From the NCBI GenBank assembly GCA_047967505.1, contig CM106538.1: 64,000 nucleotides of DNA. One strand, given 5' to 3'. The translations under genes were made by a program, and so were the position numbers. The DNA comes from Dipteris shenzhenensis (Eukaryota). Below are positions 58,413 to 64,000 of this stretch, in pieces (the first letter of the stretch is position 1; each line of letters begins with the position of its first letter). The notes under the pieces are model-generated. The model was not told where the DNA came from and searched no databases. It saw only the letters and a program-made list of their open reading frames with translations.

Positions 58413-61400
58413 TTTCACCAATTGGTATCTCTCCTAAGAAATAAAGTGGAGTCTTTATCTGATTGACCAGGGTCGAAGAAAGTTGAATTTGGTTCATTAG
58501 AATAAGTTTTACTATTTTTACTTTTGCTATGCATTGGTAAAAGAGAGCTATGGAGATGCTCACAAGGGGCTAGGATTAGTCCAAGAACTAGGAGTGCATG
58601 CATTTTGCTAACCTTTAATGGGTTAAAGTATTGGTGTTTTGTAGGACTTGAAAAAGTGCAAAAGAGCTTGCAAATGATGGAGTAAGTGCCAAAAGTAGGT
58701 CCCACAAGGCCAAAAAGTGCCAGAGAGATGGCACCATTGAAGAAGACCCCATGGGGTTCTAAAAAGATCAAGAAAGTTACCTCAAGGTGGGCTAAAAGTA
58801 GGAAAGGTTAGCTTTTGTAAAAGTAGCTTCAAAAAAGAAAGTGTAGTTTTTAGTTAGGCCAAATCTATAAAGAAGAGCCACAGTGCTCCTAGATTCATTG
58901 AAGAGTTCTACTTAGCCTAATGCTCTTTTATGAGCCAGTTGTACAAACTTTATTCTATTGAAATAAAGACCTTCAGGGGGGGTCTATCCCTTACTTTTGG
59001 GCCCTAGTGTGTGTGTGTTCTCTGTTCTGTCTCTCCCTCTCTCAATTTGTTTTGATTTTGAAATTTGTTGTTGCTCCCCGTGAGATGGAACTATCAGATG
59101 TTGTTTCCCCTGTTATCTATGAAATTCAAAATCTTTCTTGGTGATTATTGCTACGAATGGAAGATCTAGGTTGTGTTTCTAACAGAAGTGATTCATTTTT
59201 AGGGTTTCAAGGCTGATCACCAATTCATTTTAGGGTTTCAAAGCTGAATATAGATTCATTTTATGATTTTTGATCCGATTTCAATGGTATCAGAGAGCTC
59301 ATCCTTGCCACTTTCCTTTGTGGCAACAATCCATAGAACTACTCGATTGAGGAGAGACATTAATGAATCATAGAAGACAATAGATTTGCAGCCTAAAAGA
59401 GAGCTTTCAATGCCAAAATTGAGACAAGGGGCTTCTAGTTTAATCACAAAATTTAGATCTGCCTCTTCATCCTTGTCAGATCATTTCAAATTTGTGAACA
59501 AAGCACAAGTGTTTTGATCTGCAAAAGCAAACGTCCCTTTAATTTTTGCAAAACTTGGTGTGGGCAACTTAGCCATGTTTGTTATTATCTCCCAATGTGA
59601 ATTTCAAGTTCAAAACAGCCCTACCCCTTGGTGATCTGATTCAGCTCAGTTTGTTGTTGCAAAATAACAAATCATTTTGTTGATTTACTAAAAAAATAGT
59701 TGATTTCTATTCAAGATTGTGGAGTCATCTAAAGTGCGATTCAATCTTGGTGGTGGTCTTCTCAGCAATCTAGTGTTTTTTTAATCAATCTAGCTACAAA
59801 ATACCTTAGGCTTGATCTCCCAAGCATATCATGACTTTAGAACATGGAAGTTCAACCACCAATAGCACAGCTAGAGAGGTCTTGTAGAGCCAGATGATGA
59901 GCTTGATGAAGAACTCAAAAACCCAAGGATCACAAAGATTACAAGCATGATCAAAGGATAAGATACATGTAGAAACTCCTTATTATTAAAAAGGGATTCC
60001 CATAATAGGCTAAGCATATTTGATTTATTAGTTGTTTTTTTTGTCTCTAAGGCTTGAATATTTGTGTGTTGTTTTCCTTGTTTATTTTAGGGAAACAAGA
60101 GTAATACACACTTGGTCTGATTATTTATCAAAGTTATACTTCAATGGATTTTGGAAGAATTCCTTGATAGGACAAAACCCAAGCATTTGGACATAGCAAA
60201 GATATTCAAGTTTCTATGCCAAAGATATATAGAGTTATGGGATTAATTCTTGTGATCAATAAGTTGTATTCAAGAGATATTAGTAGAGTAAGAATGGACA
60301 TGCTAAGGAAGAGAAGTGTGGTGTCTCTCTGATTGAATAGTTCAAGGGAAGGACACATCAATAAATGGGTGTGTTTACAAAGTTTTGAAATCAATTTTCA
60401 CATAGCTAATTATTCCAAGTTATATTATTTCAGCTCTAAAGGATACCATTTATATTGTTTTTGTTAACCAGTTCTTCTATTAATTCAAGAATTATGGACT
60501 TACAATTTTGCCACTGGGATATCTTTCATGAATATTGAGAAATACACAGCTAGACCTTATATGATCTATGGTTCTATTAAGTGAAAAGCTTGGTTAGCAA
60601 TCAGTTTATATGATTCAAGCATAGCTTGAAGAGTATATGATCATCATTGGCCAAGTATTTTTCCTCAAGAATTTATCATTCTATAGTCTCCTCTATTTGG
60701 ACTTCTTTATAGATAAACAAAAATTCTTATGGGGCCAGAGTGACAAAGCTTTATAGCTTATATGTTAGTAACATACTCTTTTGGATGAAGAAGTTTTAGG
60801 ATCCATCCACATTTACACCACCTAACACACATGGAAAGTGCTTGGTAGGGAGAACATCTTGTGGAAAAGAGAGCATTTGAGAAATTCTTCAAAGAACATT
60901 TCCTTTCAAAGAAATTCCAAGATGGAGGCTTTTTACAAATATCTAAGGCTAAGTATCTTTTTATGTTGATAAAATTTGCCTTATGTTTATTTGAAGATCT
61001 AACCCATGTATGGCAATGCAAGGAGAGAATTGGATTATTTTCTTGAATTTGTTTCACGGAAACACTACTCATAGATGAGAAGTCTTTAGAGCCTGATGCG
61101 ATCAAGTATCAGTACAAGTGATCATTGGCCAAGTGTTTCTTTCTCTTATTTGGGAATCAAAGTTGGAGTTAAAGCCAAAAAAGTCTAGGGGAATACATAG
61201 CCCTTGGAAGAAGCAACCCATCTTACCATGGAGCTGTTGAGGTTATCTATAAGGAAGATGATAAGCATAGTATGGAAAAACTAATGGATTTCTATTATTA
61301 GAGTCTTATGACTATTTTGGGACAATTTCCTTCCATCACCAACATAAATGGCAAGGGTAAGGGCCTGTGAAAGGCAAATCCATTAACACCACAGCAAAGA

Positions 61401-62267
61401 AGGGCATTGATTTGCCAAGAAAAGAAGGGCATATGGCTGCCCAATCCTCTTAAAGAGTAGGAAACGCCAAGAAAAAGGACATATGGATGCCCAATGCTCT
61501 TAAAAAGTAGTAAATGCCAAGAAAAACAAGGGCCTATGGCTACCTAGTATGTGGTTGCTAAGTGCTATGGAAGGCCAGTCAACCAAAAGAAGCAGAGAAT
61601 GCCACAAGATCAATTAAAAGTTACCAAATCCCAAGAGCCACCTAAGGTGGAAGATATGGAGGCGATCCTCCAACTAGAACGGACTCCATACCGCATAGAA
61701 AAGAAAAGCACCTAGAGGCAAGTTTATCTGGCAGGTATCTTGCCAAGTACGAGAACTATTAGGCAATTCATGCCAAGAGAGGAGGTATTCTGAAGTTTTA
61801 CAGCTGTATCAAGAAGCTTTTCAATTGAGGACAACTAATTAGAAGCTTAGGGGATGTCACCAATTGGTATTTAATAAAGAGGAGTCTTTATCTGATTGAC
61901 AACGGTCAAAGAAAGTTGATTTTGGTTAACTAGAATAAGTTTTATTAAGACCTTCAGGGAGTCCAACCCTTATTTTTGGCCCCTGGTGTGTGTGCTCTCT
62001 ATTCTTTCTCTCCCTCTCTTAGTTTGTTTTGATTCCTAGAAGATATTTATTGCTGCTCCTCATCAGACGAAGCTATCATATGCTATTTTTCTCTATCATC
62101 TATGAAATTCAAAATCTATCTTGGTGATTATCTGCTAGAGAATCAAAGATTTAGGCTAAGTTTCTACCAAGAGTGATTCTTTTTAGGGTTTTAAGGTTGA
62201 TAACCAATTCATTTTAGGGTTTCAAAGCTTAATACAGATTCATTTTAGGGTTTTTGGTTTGGTTTCA
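58413..62267 (+). mobile_element. Ty3/gypsy (chromovirus-like) deletion derivative with both LTRs and a TSD
   Basis: 5' LTR 58413-59283 (TTTCACC...TTTCA); PBS TGGTATCAGAG 59285-59295; PPT-like TAGGGGA preceded by TTGAGGACAA; 3' LTR 61855-62267 (TGTCACC...TTTCA) missing ~460 bp internally; TSD AAGGA at 58408-58412 and 62268-62272. Internal sequence is heavily decayed, so the chromovirus call is tentative. Confidence 0.82.
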
Positions 62268-64000
62268 AAGGACCAGCAAAGGGGAGTTCCAAGTGGGGCA
62301 TATGAAGGCAGCAACCCTCTCAAAACCACTGCCAAGGAGCTTTGGAAAAAACCAAAAAACACCACCAAAAAAAAAAAATCCCTAAAGAACCGCAAAGCAC
62401 CTCCAAGAAGAAAACTCCAGAAAGTTGAGAAAACAATCACCTCCCAAACTGCTAGGAGAGCTGTAGATCTAAGGGTACCACCCAAAAAAGACCTTGGGGG
62501 GGCAACTTGGAGTGTTAAAGTAGTGTAGCACCTCAAGGGGAGTCCCATTCATTAAACCCCTACCTATGGACAACACAAGCCAAAGGTAGGGGTTGTTGGC
62601 TAGCCTTCAAGCCCTCCTAGCCTCCAAGAGCTAGGCGAGGGAGCCTTGAGGCTTGTGTAGTGTTGTGGGAAGGACCTAGGCCCCCAAACAGGGGGGAAGC
62701 CCTTCCATTGAGCTACAAGTTAAGGCACGAGGGTACGGGAGGAGCGAAGAGGAAGTCAGTGGTGAGAGGGAGAGAAACACAGCAGGAGGAGGGGGTGGGG
62801 AGGAAGATCAGGGGGGTTGGGGGGTGGAATGGGAGGGAAGTAAGGGGAGGGAGTAGCAAGCTCCAAAGAGAGAAGCTTATTAATGAAGAATCCTTAATGA
62901 ACAACAAATAAGATACATTTTCACCTCATGTAAGGTTTCAAGTGTGGTGAAACCCATTTGGAGCATAGACTGCATGGCTTGCAAGACCATGTTGTACAAA
63001 ACTATGATACCATTAGGATAATCCTAATACTGGCTGACATTATTGTAAACTAGATAATCTTTGGTTTGGATAGCCTCATGGTGGGTGCACTCTTGTAGCT
63101 AGCCTAGGCCTTTGACCAAGGAATCTAGATGGTAGGGCTAGGTTCCAAGGCATCACGCTTTGTTAGTTCAAAATAGCTTCTTTTGCAAGAAAAACTGATG
63201 ACTCTTGCAGGATTCGGCAACACCCTCTAAAATTTAAAATAATTGAGTGCAGTAGGAGTTGTGAAAGGTCTCCACTGAAGAATCCCATGGCAATGATTGG
63301 GTGTGTATACTCAAAGTGTCATCTTAAGAGGGTTAGAATGGTGTGGGGGGAGATTAGTGCAATCAAGGTGATCCTATATAGATGCAGATGTGAGTGTGAG
63401 GTGGTACTATAAAGTGCCTTCTACTATGCGTGGATGTAGTGAGTGAGTAATTGGGGGTGGATGCTGCTAGGAGCCGATCAAATTCTCCTTCTTGTTGCTT
63501 GTTTATTTTGGGCAGTAGGCAGGGCACTTGTTGAGCTCACTACAAGGATTGTTGGAGGTACTAGATTTGGTGCTAGCATGTTCACACCTAATTGTGCAAA
63601 TATTTTATTTTTTATTCATGTGGAACCTTTTGCTCCATCTTGAATGCATATCTATGAGCTATATAATTGGTAGGAGATGTTGCTAATAATTGGCATCAAT
63701 TTTTGATTCATGTTGAACCTTTTGCTCCATCTCGAATGCATCTCCAATTCTAACAAAAGACCAATTATATAGCTATATTATTTGTAGTAGATGTTTTAGG
63801 GGATTGTGGAGCTGAAATAGGAAATTTGGAGCAATCACGTCATGGTGGTCTGACAGCTCCACCCTTGTGAGAAATCGAAGCACTCGAGTAGGGTCGACTA
63901 AAGCTAGATTTTTTATGTCTTTAAAAGGAATAACACCCTTATGCTTATGGGATGAGAAATCCATGAGACCTTGCGAATGGTTCTCCATGTGATGGTAGTT

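Overview
This is eukaryotic nuclear DNA from a land plant with a repeat-rich genome. A fern or other large-genome non-angiosperm is plausible, but that is inference only. The window holds one real host gene: the first three coding exons of a minus-strand SAC3C-like (SAC3/GANP family) gene at 32130-30981, 30858-30758 and 26609-26388. I found no further exon down to position 1, so bases 1-26387 appear to be one intron of more than 26 kb filled with nested transposons. The most striking object is an 8.8-kb tandem LTR retroelement (5571-14384): five ~1.31-kb LTRs alternate with four ~565-bp non-coding internal segments (each with PBS and PPT), and a single 5-bp TSD (AATGC) flanks the whole array. 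It sits inside the integrase of an older copia element that also carries five other insertions. Also present are a gag-only TR-GAG-type element with an intact ORF (20926-23453), a copia deletion derivative keeping only the RT end and RNase H (2759-4613), a hAT-type MITE, and several copies of a non-L1 (RTEX-like) LINE with a (CTTT)n tail. The rest is degenerate L1s, Ty3/gypsy relics including a TSD-bounded chromovirus-like element (58413-62267), a TNT1/Tork-like copia, and assorted micro/minisatellites. All calls come from reading the sequence by eye; no database search or alignment was run.
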